A stretch of DNA of 62,677 bases from Flavobacteriales bacterium. GTDB lineage: Bacteria > Bacteroidota > Bacteroidia > UBA4408. Positions 38,052-47,658 of this stretch are shown piece by piece (positions within the stretch are counted from its first letter, which is position 1; each line of letters begins with the position of its first letter). The stretch lies in contig JBEIVB010000005.1 in NCBI GenBank assembly GCA_040374085.1, positions 1 through 62,677 on the forward strand. Direction: 5' to 3'. Made by a program: the position numbers and the translations under genes. The notes beneath the pieces were generated by a model. That model did no database searches. It was not told where the DNA came from and saw only the letters and a list, made by a program, of their open reading frames with translations.

Positions 38052-39018
38052 CCGCTGCGAAATTTTCAAATAAGAGGCCAAAGTTACCGATCCAGAAGGA
38101 GTAATCGGTGGCATGGCGATTGGGTATGGCTAAATACCGTGGTTTTTGTTTGGTTGCGTTCAAAGGGTCGGCCAACCACCATGGGTTAAAGAGCCGAATT
38201 ACCTGTTCATCGGCATGCAGGTGCCGGGCCAGATGCGAGATCGAATGCACCACCGTATCTATTCTCACCCTTTGGCTGCCACCAAATGCCAGACTTGGAA
38301 AGGTCGTCTTGTCTACCCCGTATTTCTCCGGATGCTCCATGATGGCTTTAATGGCAAGCGTTCTGTATAGGTATTCACCGGCCTGGTGGCCCAGATCCAT
38401 TTCATAATAGGATCGATCGGGGTGAGCTGCCACTTTTCGCAGCAAGCCGTTGATTCCGGTATTGAAGCTGGCCGCCACCAATGTCCAACTGTGCAACGTG
38501 TCGTAGGCCTCTTTAAAATACCGCACAGCCGCATGGGTGGCCAATTCAGGATTGCGCCTTTCGTCTACCGATGCACCAATCTCCAAACCATATTTCTGTG
38601 CCGTTATGGGCATAAACTGCCAGAAACCCACGGCACCCGATTTGGAACGGGCATTTACGAGGCCGCTCTCCACAATGGCCAGATACTTAAAGTCGTTGGG
38701 TATGCCCGCCTTTTCCAAAATGGGTTCGAGAATGGGAAACCAAATCTGCGATCGCCGCCAAAAGAGCGGAATCTGTTGGGTCCAAAAGGGATCGTCGAGC
38801 AGTTCCGATTTCAGACGCTGTTGCACCAACTTTGAATGTACGGGAACCGGTTCGCCTGCAAAGGAAAAATCGAGAGGAAGAAACAGAGGCAAGGCTTGCT
38901 CCTTGTTTTTATCAACCGCACGTTTTGCCCGGTGGGTGATTACTGCGCCCAAGCCTAAAAAAAACAGCACCAAAAGCAGCACATAAAACTTACGTGCCCG
39001 CTCAAAGCGCGGCATCAT
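37948..39018 (-). CDS. Lytic transglycosylase (SLT/MltD-like)
   Basis: YLAIVESG, GAVGFWQFMPITA, VDERR, AASFNTG. Confidence 0.9.
   Translation of the reverse strand: MMPRFERARKFYVLLLVLFFLGLGAVITHRAKRAVDKNKEQALPLFLPLDFSFAGEPVPVHSKLVQQRLKSELLDDPFWTQQIPLFWRRSQIWFPILEPILEKAGIPNDFKYLAIVESGLVNARSKSGAVGFWQFMPITAQKYGLEIGASVDERRNPELATHAAVRYFKEAYDTLHSWTLVAASFNTGINGLLRKVAAHPDRSYYEMDLGHQAGEYLYRTLAIKAIMEHPEKYGVDKTTFPSLAFGGSQRVRIDTVVHSISHLARHLHADEQVIRLFNPWWLADPLNATKQKPRYLAIPNRHATDYSFWIGNFGLLFENFAADAVKENPEPEADPSHDTQGDSLRGEAENAAQKPG
38079..38086 (-). promoter_or_regulatory. Internal -7 promoter element TAACTTTG for uvrA
   Basis: TAnnTTTG within the 3' end of the transglycosylase gene, 27 nt upstream of ATG 38051. 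Confidence 0.5.
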
Positions 39019-40085
39019 GAGCGCTTCTTGGGTTTGCTGGTGCGGGAAATGTAGTAGAGTACCCCAAACACTCCAATGGGATATAAGGCAAAAGCAAAGA
39101 AGCTGCCCCAGTCCCAACTGTAAGATTGAATGATGCGGTAGGCAAAGAAGAGCCCTGCAAGGTTAATACCTGCAAAAACCAATACGACCTGGCGATCGCT
39201 CAACCCAAGGTAGCTGAGGTGGTGAGTGGTGTGGTCGCGGCCTCCAACAAAAGGCGACTTCCCTTTCATCAGGCGATTTATGGTAACGGTGGTGGTATCA
39301 ACGATTGGTATTAGAAACAGGATTACAGAAAATACCAATTGTTTGGACTGCATTTGAACGATCTGGTCAAAAGGCGTGTTCCAAAAACACATGATGCCAA
39401 CCGCGGCCAAAAAGATGCCCAAGAATTGCGAGCCGGTGTCGCCCATGTACATTTTTGAGGGATGCCAGTTGTAAAACAAGAAGCCCACCAGGGCACCCAT
39501 GCAACCCAGAAGGATGAAGTATAGGATGAGATCCTGTCCACGCGTTTGATATAAAACCATGATTGCACCCGCCATAATGGACATAGAGACGGTTGCGGTT
39601 ACAGCATCCATGTTATCCAACATGTTCACGGAGTTCATGATTCCAATCACCCAAAAGAGGGTGAGGAGATGGTTAAGGGTTTCGTTGGGACTGATGTTGA
39701 TGGTGGTGCCGGACGCAATGAGGATGAGGCCGCAGGTTACCTGGCCCAAGAATTTCAGCAGGGGGCGTGTGTTGTAGGCATCGTCGGCCAAACCAATGAT
39801 GAAGCCTAGGGAAGAAGAAAGTATTAGCCCCAGCATTTGCTTGTTCTCCAATAGGTTGGGCTGGTCTGAAATAACCGAAAACAGTGCCAGTGAGAACAAA
39901 AAGACGATGTAAAACGCTATGCCTCCCAAGGCAGGTTTACTGGTGCTGGCCCAGCGAATTTGAACCTCACCTTCCTCACGTATTCCAAGGGTATGAGAGA
40001 ATTTCAACATGAGGCCATTCACCAAGTAGGAGAATACCACCGAAACAAAAAAAAGCGCTGCACCTATGAGTTCATGCTGGGTCAC
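39015..40085 (-). CDS. Undecaprenyl-phosphate sugar-1-phosphate transferase (WecA/MraY family)
   Basis: PALGG, GLADD, NSVNMLDNMD, YMGDTGS, DHTTHH. Confidence 0.9.
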   Translation of the reverse strand: MTQHELIGAALFFVSVVFSYLVNGLMLKFSHTLGIREEGEVQIRWASTSKPALGGIAFYIVFLFSLALFSVISDQPNLLENKQMLGLILSSSLGFIIGLADDAYNTRPLLKFLGQVTCGLILIASGTTINISPNETLNHLLTLFWVIGIMNSVNMLDNMDAVTATVSMSIMAGAIMVLYQTRGQDLILYFILLGCMGALVGFLFYNWHPSKMYMGDTGSQFLGIFLAAVGIMCFWNTPFDQIVQMQSKQLVFSVILFLIPIVDTTTVTINRLMKGKSPFVGGRDHTTHHLSYLGLSDRQVVLVFAGINLAGLFFAYRIIQSYSWDWGSFFAFALYPIGVFGVLYYISRTSKPKKRS

Positions 40086-40093
40086 AGCACAAA

Positions 40094-40645
40094 TTAAGCA
40101 AAAAGGAAGGGACTTTCCAAGTTTTTAAGACGCAGCCCTTCGGTGTCTTTTTGGGAAATAATGGGGTCTGAAACGCCCCAGTTTATGCCCAAGTCAGCAT
40201 CGTTCCAAAGCAGGCAACCCTCAGCAGGTTTGTTGTAGAAGCCGGAACATTTGTAGTGGAAAAGGGTGTTGTCTGAGAGGGTAGCAAAGCCATGGGCAAA
40301 TCCTGGCGCCACATACAATTGCCGATGATTTTCTTCTGAGAGTTCTACGCTTGCATGGTGTCCGTAAGTAGGAGAGCCTACCCGAATGTCTACGACCACA
40401 TCCAAAACCTTACCTCTGAGCACCGACACCAATTTTCCCTGGGCATGTGGAGGTGCCTGAAAATGTAAACCCCTAACCACACCTCGGTGAGAAAGCGAAA
40501 GGTTGTCTTGAACAAAGGTGGTGTTGCCCAGGAAACTATGATAGCTGTTGGCGTTGTAGGTTTCCATAAAAAAGCCCCTGGAGTCGCCGAAAACCGTGGC
40601 CTCCAGTAAAAATAAACCGGGCATCAATTCCTCCAATAGCTTCAT
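40094..40645 (-). CDS. rfbC: dTDP-4-dehydrorhamnose 3,5-epimerase
   Basis: DSRGFF, QDNLS, RGLHFQ, QGKLV, GFAHGF. Confidence 0.96.
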   Translation of the reverse strand: MKLLEELMPGLFLLEATVFGDSRGFFMETYNANSYHSFLGNTTFVQDNLSLSHRGVVRGLHFQAPPHAQGKLVSVLRGKVLDVVVDIRVGSPTYGHHASVELSEENHRQLYVAPGFAHGFATLSDNTLFHYKCSGFYNKPAEGCLLWNDADLGINWGVSDPIISQKDTEGLRLKNLESPFLFA

Positions 40646-43050
40646 GCGTCTTTACCAAACCAACGCTTAAAGAGGCCCTCCTCGCGCTTCTGAGGGAGAT
40701 CCTCGTAATATCCATAACCGTATCCATACCCATAACCATATCCGTAGCCATAACCATAGCCGTAACCCGGATTGAGTTGGTCCACATCATTCAGAATCAC
40801 CGACATGTTCTTGATGTTGAATTCACGAACCATGTTGTTGATTTTCTCAAAGAAGTAACGCTTGGAGTAGTTGGATCGGAACACAAATATCGGATAGTCT
40901 GCTCGAAGCATGTTGGTTATACCATCCGATACGATACCAATGGGTGGGTTATCCAAAATGATGATGTCGTAACGGGCTTTTAAATAGTCAATTAGTCCTT
41001 CCATTTTATGCGACATGGTGAGCTCGGCAGGATTGGGTGGAATGGGGCCGGCTGCAATAAAGTCGAGGTTGGCGAGGGCAGATGGGGTAATGCATTCATC
41101 TATGGTGTTCTTGCCAATCAGAATGGTACTAACGCCGCGGAGGTTGGGCGAATTGAAACCCAAATGGATTTTGGGTTTTCGCATGTCCATGTCCAAAATG
41201 ATAACCTTTTTGTCGGCAAATGCAATGATGCCGGCAAGGTTAATGGCAATGAATGTTTTTCCCTCTCCAGAAACGGTTGAGGATATGGAAATAACCCTTG
41301 GTTCCGTTTCACTGGCAATGAACTGAAGGTTGGATCGAATGGAGCGAAACGCCTCTGCAATGCTGGATTTGGGATTCTGGTCGATCAAAAGTTGAGAGAT
41401 CGGTACTGCTTTCTTGTATCGGGGAACAAGGCCTAGAATACTCAAATCGGTATATCGCTTGATTTCGGCCGTTGAAGTGATGTTGTTGAACATCAGATAC
41501 TGAAAAAATATCAGCACAAAGGAGGCGATGAAACCAATGGCCACAGCAACTCCAATGATGACGTTGCGGTTGGGGAATATCGGGGAGGCGGTGGGTTTGG
41601 CTCGCTGGAGGATTTCATTTAATGAAACAAATCCTGCCATAGAAATGGAATACTCGGCTTTTTTGGAAAGTAAAAGATTATAAAACTCCTCATTTACTTT
41701 GTACAACCTGGATAGCTTACTGAACTCCAACTCCTGTTCTGGCATCCCTTCAAAGGTGCGCATCACTTTATCCAGTTTTTCGTTGGCTTCGCGCTCCTCT
41801 TTACTGAGGGTGAACATCAGGTAGTTGACCTGATTGGAAAAAATCTTTCGCTTGTCCTCAAGATTCTTGTGAATGCTTCGGTAGGTTTGATTCACATCCG
41901 TGAGGTCAACGGTGAGTTTACTTTGCGTTGTTTGGTAATCTTCAACGGACTTAATAATTGGGGTTAACCCTCTCTCAAATCGGGTTCCGGATATCATCCA
42001 AAGAAGGTTATCCGTATCCAGGTTTTCACGGTTCTTTATTTCCTCTTTCAATTGCTCCAGCACCATGCGATCAAGTTGGATCTGACGCAGGGTGTTTTCC
42101 TGTCTCACCATCTGATCAAGATTCTGATTTTCTAATGCCGAAATGCTGGGGGTTTTTAACGTTTGCTTCAAGCCTTGTATTTGGCCTTCGTATTCTTTGA
42201 GATCTTCATACACCGAAGCAAGTTGACGGCTGATAAAAGAAAGGGTTTTGGTGGTGCTTTCTGCCTTTTTTTCAATGTCGTAGTCTTTGAAATTCTCCGC
42301 AATGGCGTTCACCACATCAGCGCATTTGTGCGGGTTGTTGCCTTGCAAAGAAATTTGAATGGTTCGGGCAAAGGAGTTGAGAACCACCACATCAAGGTTG
42401 CTGGAATACCCGTCGGCGAGGTTGTCTGGATCGTAACCAATAAAATAAAATCCCTTTTCTTTTACCTTGCTTCTCTGAACGTTCACATCAGAAAAAGACA
42501 ATACGGATATCTTGGCCATGAAATCACCAAAATTGCCCCAAGTATCGGTTCGAAACTTCTTCCGAACAAGGTTGCCTGCAGATTTATACTCGAGCACAAA
42601 TTGCTTTGGGTTCAGGAAGCGAATGAATATGGGAGTGCCGTATATGGTGTTGCTGTTGCCATAAAATTCAACCCTATACGGGTTGGCTTTGTATGTTTCG
42701 TAGGATTTAAAGGTTCCTTTTACATAATAACCTACTTCTAGGTTGAGCTTGCTCAGCACTCGGTTGAGAAACTCTTTTGAACGAATGAGCTCAACATCTC
42801 CGGCAAGTCCATCTTCGGTTTCCATTACGTTTTCAACCCGAAGGATGCGGTTCGCGCTGTTGCTGCTTACAATCTGAATGATGGAACTGGCATCGTAAAT
42901 CTCCTTTTCATAGCGAACATAAAGGAATGCGGAAACAAGAGAAATGGTAAAGAACAATGCGTAATAGAGCACATTCTTTTGTGCAATGAAAAGTAAAAGC
43001 TTAAAATCAAATTGATCCTGTAGAACGGAAGTTCCGCTTTTGCTTTCCAT
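40642..43050 (-). CDS. wzc: Polysaccharide co-polymerase / BY tyrosine kinase (Wzc)
   Basis: Two TM segments around a coiled-coil; EAFRSIRSNL, GEGKT, DMRKP, PPNPAEL; C-terminal Tyr cluster. Confidence 0.93.
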   Translation of the reverse strand: MESKSGTSVLQDQFDFKLLLFIAQKNVLYYALFFTISLVSAFLYVRYEKEIYDASSIIQIVSSNSANRILRVENVMETEDGLAGDVELIRSKEFLNRVLSKLNLEVGYYVKGTFKSYETYKANPYRVEFYGNSNTIYGTPIFIRFLNPKQFVLEYKSAGNLVRKKFRTDTWGNFGDFMAKISVLSFSDVNVQRSKVKEKGFYFIGYDPDNLADGYSSNLDVVVLNSFARTIQISLQGNNPHKCADVVNAIAENFKDYDIEKKAESTTKTLSFISRQLASVYEDLKEYEGQIQGLKQTLKTPSISALENQNLDQMVRQENTLRQIQLDRMVLEQLKEEIKNRENLDTDNLLWMISGTRFERGLTPIIKSVEDYQTTQSKLTVDLTDVNQTYRSIHKNLEDKRKIFSNQVNYLMFTLSKEEREANEKLDKVMRTFEGMPEQELEFSKLSRLYKVNEEFYNLLLSKKAEYSISMAGFVSLNEILQRAKPTASPIFPNRNVIIGVAVAIGFIASFVLIFFQYLMFNNITSTAEIKRYTDLSILGLVPRYKKAVPISQLLIDQNPKSSIAEAFRSIRSNLQFIASETEPRVISISSTVSGEGKTFIAINLAGIIAFADKKVIILDMDMRKPKIHLGFNSPNLRGVSTILIGKNTIDECITPSALANLDFIAAGPIPPNPAELTMSHKMEGLIDYLKARYDIIILDNPPIGIVSDGITNMLRADYPIFVFRSNYSKRYFFEKINNMVREFNIKNMSVILNDVDQLNPGYGYGYGYGYGYGYGYGYGYYEDLPQKREEGLFKRWFGKDA
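40705..40767 (-). repeat. (GY)10-Y tyrosine cluster coding repeat
   Basis: Ten Gly-Tyr units with mixed synonymous codons. Confidence 0.9.
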
Positions 43051-43054
43051 AGAA

Positions 43055-43819
43055 TTAACGAGTAGTACTCCGTATGATGGAAAAGCCGAGCAACAAGGTA
43101 TTCAGGAGAGAGATGTAGGGGCCTATTTCCTGAGAAAGGTTGCGCGCAATCATCGGGCGAGCTTCAACGTAAATGATGTCGTTGGATTGCACAATCATGT
43201 TTCCGGCATTGAAGCCTTCCAGGGTAGATAAGTCCAGGAGAAAAACCTGCTGACTTTCTTTTGGTCCCCTAATGAGTTTCACGGAGTAGGCCTTGCCGGT
43301 GGTGGGAATGCCACCAGCCAAGGCAATTATTTCGGCCACACGAGTGGTGTTGTTGCTCAGTGGAACAACCCTGGCTGCGCCGTCAGCTCCGGGAAAAACC
43401 AAAACCCTGCGGTTAGAAACGCGGATGATGACGTAGGGTTTTTTGTAGTATTCCGAGTACTTCTCTTCAAGAAGAGATTCAGCTTCCCGCGCCGTTAATC
43501 CCTGAAGTTTAATTCGGCCCAACAGCGGCATTTTAATGGTGCCATCAAACTCCACCTGGTAGGTTTGATTGTTCCCTTGAGCAATTTGAGGAATGGCCGT
43601 AGGTGAAATGTCCACCAAGCGAAAACCATCGTTCGAATACAAAGAGAATTGAACCAGGTCGTTTACCTCTAAGCGGAATTCTTGCGGCAATTGGCTGCCT
43701 TTATCGGTATAAGCGAACTCTTTTGGAGTCTGGATCATTCGGTTGGAGTAAAGGGTTCTGCAACCAGAAATGGTAGCCGCTGCCCCAACCAGCACCAGCA
43801 AAAGTAATCGCTTAATCAT
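43055..43819 (-). CDS. wza: Polysaccharide export lipoprotein (Wza-like)
   Basis: ISGC lipobox, DGTIKMPLLG, GLT..EAE, SLBB region, NDIIYV. Confidence 0.9.
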   Translation of the reverse strand: MIKRLLLLVLVGAAATISGCRTLYSNRMIQTPKEFAYTDKGSQLPQEFRLEVNDLVQFSLYSNDGFRLVDISPTAIPQIAQGNNQTYQVEFDGTIKMPLLGRIKLQGLTAREAESLLEEKYSEYYKKPYVIIRVSNRRVLVFPGADGAARVVPLSNNTTRVAEIIALAGGIPTTGKAYSVKLIRGPKESQQVFLLDLSTLEGFNAGNMIVQSNDIIYVEARPMIARNLSQEIGPYISLLNTLLLGFSIIRSTTR

Positions 43820-43840
43820 GCCCTATTTTCTTGATTCGGC

Positions 43841-43848
43841 CAAAATTA
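43841..43848 (-). promoter_or_regulatory. -7 promoter element TAATTTTG for wza-wzc
   Basis: TAnnTTTG 21 nt upstream of the wza ATG. Confidence 0.55.
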
Positions 43849-43893
43849 ACAAAAATGACATTAGGAAGTCGGCTTGAGGACCTAAGGTATGTG

Positions 43894-45087
43894 CTACTTT
43901 TTGGTGGTTTTTTCCATCAAGAGCTGGTGGTAAAGGCTACGGGTGTCTTCCACCAAACGGGTATAGTGGAACTGCTTTTCTACATATTGTTTGCCCTTTT
44001 CACCCATTTGTTTCCTTAAGGTAGGCGAATCTACTAAGGTTTTTAAGTGGCCCACCAAGGTTTTTAGGTCTCCCTTGTCCACCAGAAATCCTGTAACGTC
44101 CTCCAAAATCACGTGGTAAATGCCACCCACTTTTGTGCTCACCACCGGCAATCCGCCCGCTTGTGCCTCAATTAAACTAACCGGAGTGCCTTCGTTTAGG
44201 GAGGTAAGAACGGCAATGTCTATGCCCGCCACCACTTTATCTACCTCTGTGCTCCATGAGGTAAAGGTTACATCTCCCGGTTTGCTTTCGGTGGAAACAG
44301 ATAGGCCCAAATCGCGACAACGATTTTCTAATGTGGAACGAAGGTCACCGTCTCCCACAACCAAAAGACGAAAGGCTGTATGGGTTTCCATTTTTAGTTT
44401 CGCTATGGCCTCAAGAAGAAACTCGTGGTTCTTGATGGGAACCAATCTGCCTATGATTCCAATGGTCACCTCATGAGGTTGCAAACCCCATTTAGCCCGG
44501 TAATGTGCACGTTTTGTTTCCTGATTTTCGGAAAACTTCTTCAGATCGAAGCCCAAGGGAATTACAACGGCTTTTCGCTCCGAGGCGATTCGGTACACGT
44601 TGCACAACTCGTTTTTTTGCCCATCGCTGATGGCGATTATTCGCGTGCTGATAAGCGCCAAGAAACGCTCTATCCATTTGTATACCGAGGTTTTGAACGA
44701 GCCAAAGTAGGAGTGAAAGACATGACCATGAAACGTATGCACGATGATTGGAACGCCTTCCATCCACGCTGCCAATCTGCCCAGTGTTCCGGCCTTAGAA
44801 GCATGTGTGTGCACAATGTCGGGCTTATGCTCCCTTATGAGGCTCCGCAGCTTTCGAAAGGCATGCCAGTCGTCTTGCCAACGTATTGCCCTACGCATCT
44901 CGGGAATTAACTCTGCTTGGATATCCAGCCCCTCTAAAATATGGAGAGAACTTTCTTCTTCCTCGTCCTTCTCCCCACCAATCAATACGGTTTCAAATTC
45001 CGGAGAGAGATATTTGGTTAGGTAGGCCACGTTGTAGGTTGGACCACCCAGGTTGAAACGGTTTATGATTCTTAAGATTTTGGGCAT
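43894..45087 (-). CDS. Glycosyltransferase family 4
   Basis: RFNLGGP, HTHASKAG, GRLVPIKN, NEGTPVSLIEA. Confidence 0.92.
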   Translation of the reverse strand: MPKILRIINRFNLGGPTYNVAYLTKYLSPEFETVLIGGEKDEEEESSLHILEGLDIQAELIPEMRRAIRWQDDWHAFRKLRSLIREHKPDIVHTHASKAGTLGRLAAWMEGVPIIVHTFHGHVFHSYFGSFKTSVYKWIERFLALISTRIIAISDGQKNELCNVYRIASERKAVVIPLGFDLKKFSENQETKRAHYRAKWGLQPHEVTIGIIGRLVPIKNHEFLLEAIAKLKMETHTAFRLLVVGDGDLRSTLENRCRDLGLSVSTESKPGDVTFTSWSTEVDKVVAGIDIAVLTSLNEGTPVSLIEAQAGGLPVVSTKVGGIYHVILEDVTGFLVDKGDLKTLVGHLKTLVDSPTLRKQMGEKGKQYVEKQFHYTRLVEDTRSLYHQLLMEKTTKK

Positions 45088-45093
45088 AATGCT

Positions 45094-46974
45094 TCAGGCG
45101 TTGTGGTGGAACATCCACCAATGTTGGAAACAAAGCAGGGCCCATATTTTAGCAGGAGAATCGTCGGGATCTGAAGAACGCAGGCGCCGGATTTCCATGG
45201 CCACCGAATCAGGGTCAAACAGGCCTTGTTCCTGAATCCGATTTCTGCTCAGCCAGTCGTCTACCAAATGCGCCAAATCGGATCGTAGCCATTTTACAAG
45301 AGGAACTTCAAAGCCTTTTTTTCCACGGTTCAGAATTTCTTCGGGCAGGAGATCCTGAAAGGTATCCAGCAATAACAGCTTACCCTTTTTAGCATTCAAC
45401 TTTGTGCTGGAGGGCATGCGAAATGCCCAATCCACCACTCGGTAATCTAAAAACGGATTGCGCACCTCAAGCGAGTTTGCCATGCTCATGCGATCTACTT
45501 TAGGAAGCATATCGCCGGGCAACAACAGGCCAACATCGGTTTTCAATACGCGGTTCATGGGGTCTTTGCCTTGCTTCAGCTCCGCTAAGATGGATTGCTT
45601 TTGATGCATGTATTCGGGATGCATTCCCGACCATTTCAGCCGTTCTGCCACGCTTTTGTCGTTCATAAAGCCCGCCCAGGCCCAATAACGTTCATCTAAT
45701 GGAAGTTGAGCGCCTGCTTGGTACTTGTGCATTTTTCTGAGCAGGTTGCCAAGAGCAGAACCTCTTGATTTGGGGAGGAAACGTGCAAAGCCACCGGCCA
45801 AAAGAGCGGCTCGATCGCTCCAAGCAGGTTCCATAGAGCGCAGCAGAGCTCGGTGCTTGCGGTAACCACCAAATACCTCATCGGCACCATCACCGGATAA
45901 GGCAACCGTTACGTGCTGCTTGGTGAGCTTGCTCAAAATGAACATGTTCAAGGCAGACGAGTCTGCAAAGGGCTCGTCTAAGTACTCCCAAACCCCATAA
46001 ACATGGTCGAATAAATCCTGATTGGAGAGTCGAAAGACGGTGTGATGCGTGCCGTTTTTTTTCGCCACCAGCTCTGCAAACCGCGTTTCATCGTAGAAGG
46101 GCTCATCCCGAAATCCAACGGAAAAGGTGTTGAGCTGTCGGGTGTGTCGGGCGGCAAGGGCAGTCACAATGCTGCTGTCTATTCCACCACTCAAAAAGCA
46201 ACCCAAGGGTACATCCGAAATCATTCGAAGTTGCACGGCATCGTCGAGAAGGTTGCGGAGTTCCTGGTGCAGCTGTTTGGGAGAAGAAACGACACCGGTT
46301 TCAGAGGGAAGGCTATAGTACGATGTTTCTTCGTATTGTTCGGCAGAGAGCGTGATAAAATGCCCGGGCTTTAATTTTCGCACGGATTGGTATATCGACC
46401 GGGGTTCGGGTATGTAGTGCAGGTGAAAGTACAACCCGAGTGCTGCCTGGTCTATTTCTTTGGCGCAGCCCAATGCACGAAGAACTTTTAGCTCGGAGCC
46501 AAAAAGCAATTGCTGATTGTGCCACTCATAATACAATGGTTTTACTCCGAAGCGATCGCGCGCCAACAGAAGTTTGTGTTCCTGCGCATCATAAAAGGCA
46601 AGCGCAAAAAAGCCATTGATGAGGGATAGAGCAGAGGGGCCCTGCTCGATCAACAAGTGAAGAAGCACCTCCGTGTCGGATTGAGAGCAAAAGGATACTC
46701 CGGATTTTTCCAGTCTGTTTTTGTGGGGCTGGAAATTGAAGAACTCCCCGTTGAAGACCAGAGCATATCTGCCGGATGGATCCACAAAAGGTTGATTGCC
46801 GGCATCCGAAGTGTCTAAAATAGACAACCTCCGATGACCCAAGGCAACGTGCTCCGATTGCCAAATTCCTTCGGCATCCGGCCCCCGCATAGACATTCGA
46901 CCCAAGGCCTTCTGCAAAAGGTGAACATCGGGCTCTTTGCCGCTGAAGTTTAAAGTTCCTGCTATTCCACACAT
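45094..46974 (-). CDS. asnB: Asparagine synthase (glutamine-hydrolysing)-like amidotransferase
   Basis: MCGI Ntn Cys, RGPD, HRRLSILD, SGGIDSS, SGDGADE, KVDRMSMANSLEVR. Confidence 0.95.
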   Translation of the reverse strand: MCGIAGTLNFSGKEPDVHLLQKALGRMSMRGPDAEGIWQSEHVALGHRRLSILDTSDAGNQPFVDPSGRYALVFNGEFFNFQPHKNRLEKSGVSFCSQSDTEVLLHLLIEQGPSALSLINGFFALAFYDAQEHKLLLARDRFGVKPLYYEWHNQQLLFGSELKVLRALGCAKEIDQAALGLYFHLHYIPEPRSIYQSVRKLKPGHFITLSAEQYEETSYYSLPSETGVVSSPKQLHQELRNLLDDAVQLRMISDVPLGCFLSGGIDSSIVTALAARHTRQLNTFSVGFRDEPFYDETRFAELVAKKNGTHHTVFRLSNQDLFDHVYGVWEYLDEPFADSSALNMFILSKLTKQHVTVALSGDGADEVFGGYRKHRALLRSMEPAWSDRAALLAGGFARFLPKSRGSALGNLLRKMHKYQAGAQLPLDERYWAWAGFMNDKSVAERLKWSGMHPEYMHQKQSILAELKQGKDPMNRVLKTDVGLLLPGDMLPKVDRMSMANSLEVRNPFLDYRVVDWAFRMPSSTKLNAKKGKLLLLDTFQDLLPEEILNRGKKGFEVPLVKWLRSDLAHLVDDWLSRNRIQEQGLFDPDSVAMEIRRLRSSDPDDSPAKIWALLCFQHWWMFHHNA

Positions 46975-47658
46975 GGCTTCAAGGGCGAAAGGTATAACGA
47001 AGAAACAAATATGAAAACCGCCTGCATGCTCAATTTGCGCTAAATGGGAATCTTATCTGATGTTTTCTTAAACGGCATAAGGAAAAGCGGCTGTTCTCAA
47101 ATCAAAAACAGACATGGAGCGCAAACGCGTTGGAGCAAAGGAGAAATCTCTAAGGAGTCAATAAACAGCCCTATTGCCCGGTTCATTTTCCCGGGTGACT
47201 GCCCGATGTACTTCTTTTTTTGGACACGTGTACGGCTCATAGCCTCATCGTTCATCGAAGTCAGACGGTGCATAATTTTGATGTTCTTTTTTGAGATGCA
47301 CATTTCTTGAAGGTGCGCTGAGGGTGAAGTCCAATTTGAAAACTGGAGCTTAGCCCTAATCTTAGAACTCGTGCAGACATGGGGTTGGCGCGTTACCATG
47401 CGTATGCTCAAGCGTAAACCGTTTGGGGCTATGCACGCAACAGGATAGCCATCTGAGGTTCGCTCCTGCCGCTGTGGCACACAACTATGCCATCAGAGGC
47501 ATGGTGCGAAACACAGAAGTACTCAGAGGAAATGGTCGCAAACGATTGGGTTGGGTTTATAACCGAAACTGCCTTACTGTCTGATTTTCCGAATGTTGGA
47601 AACACAAGGGTTTTGGGTTGGTGAAAAGACGGCATGAAAAGGGTACGGGAAAATAAGT

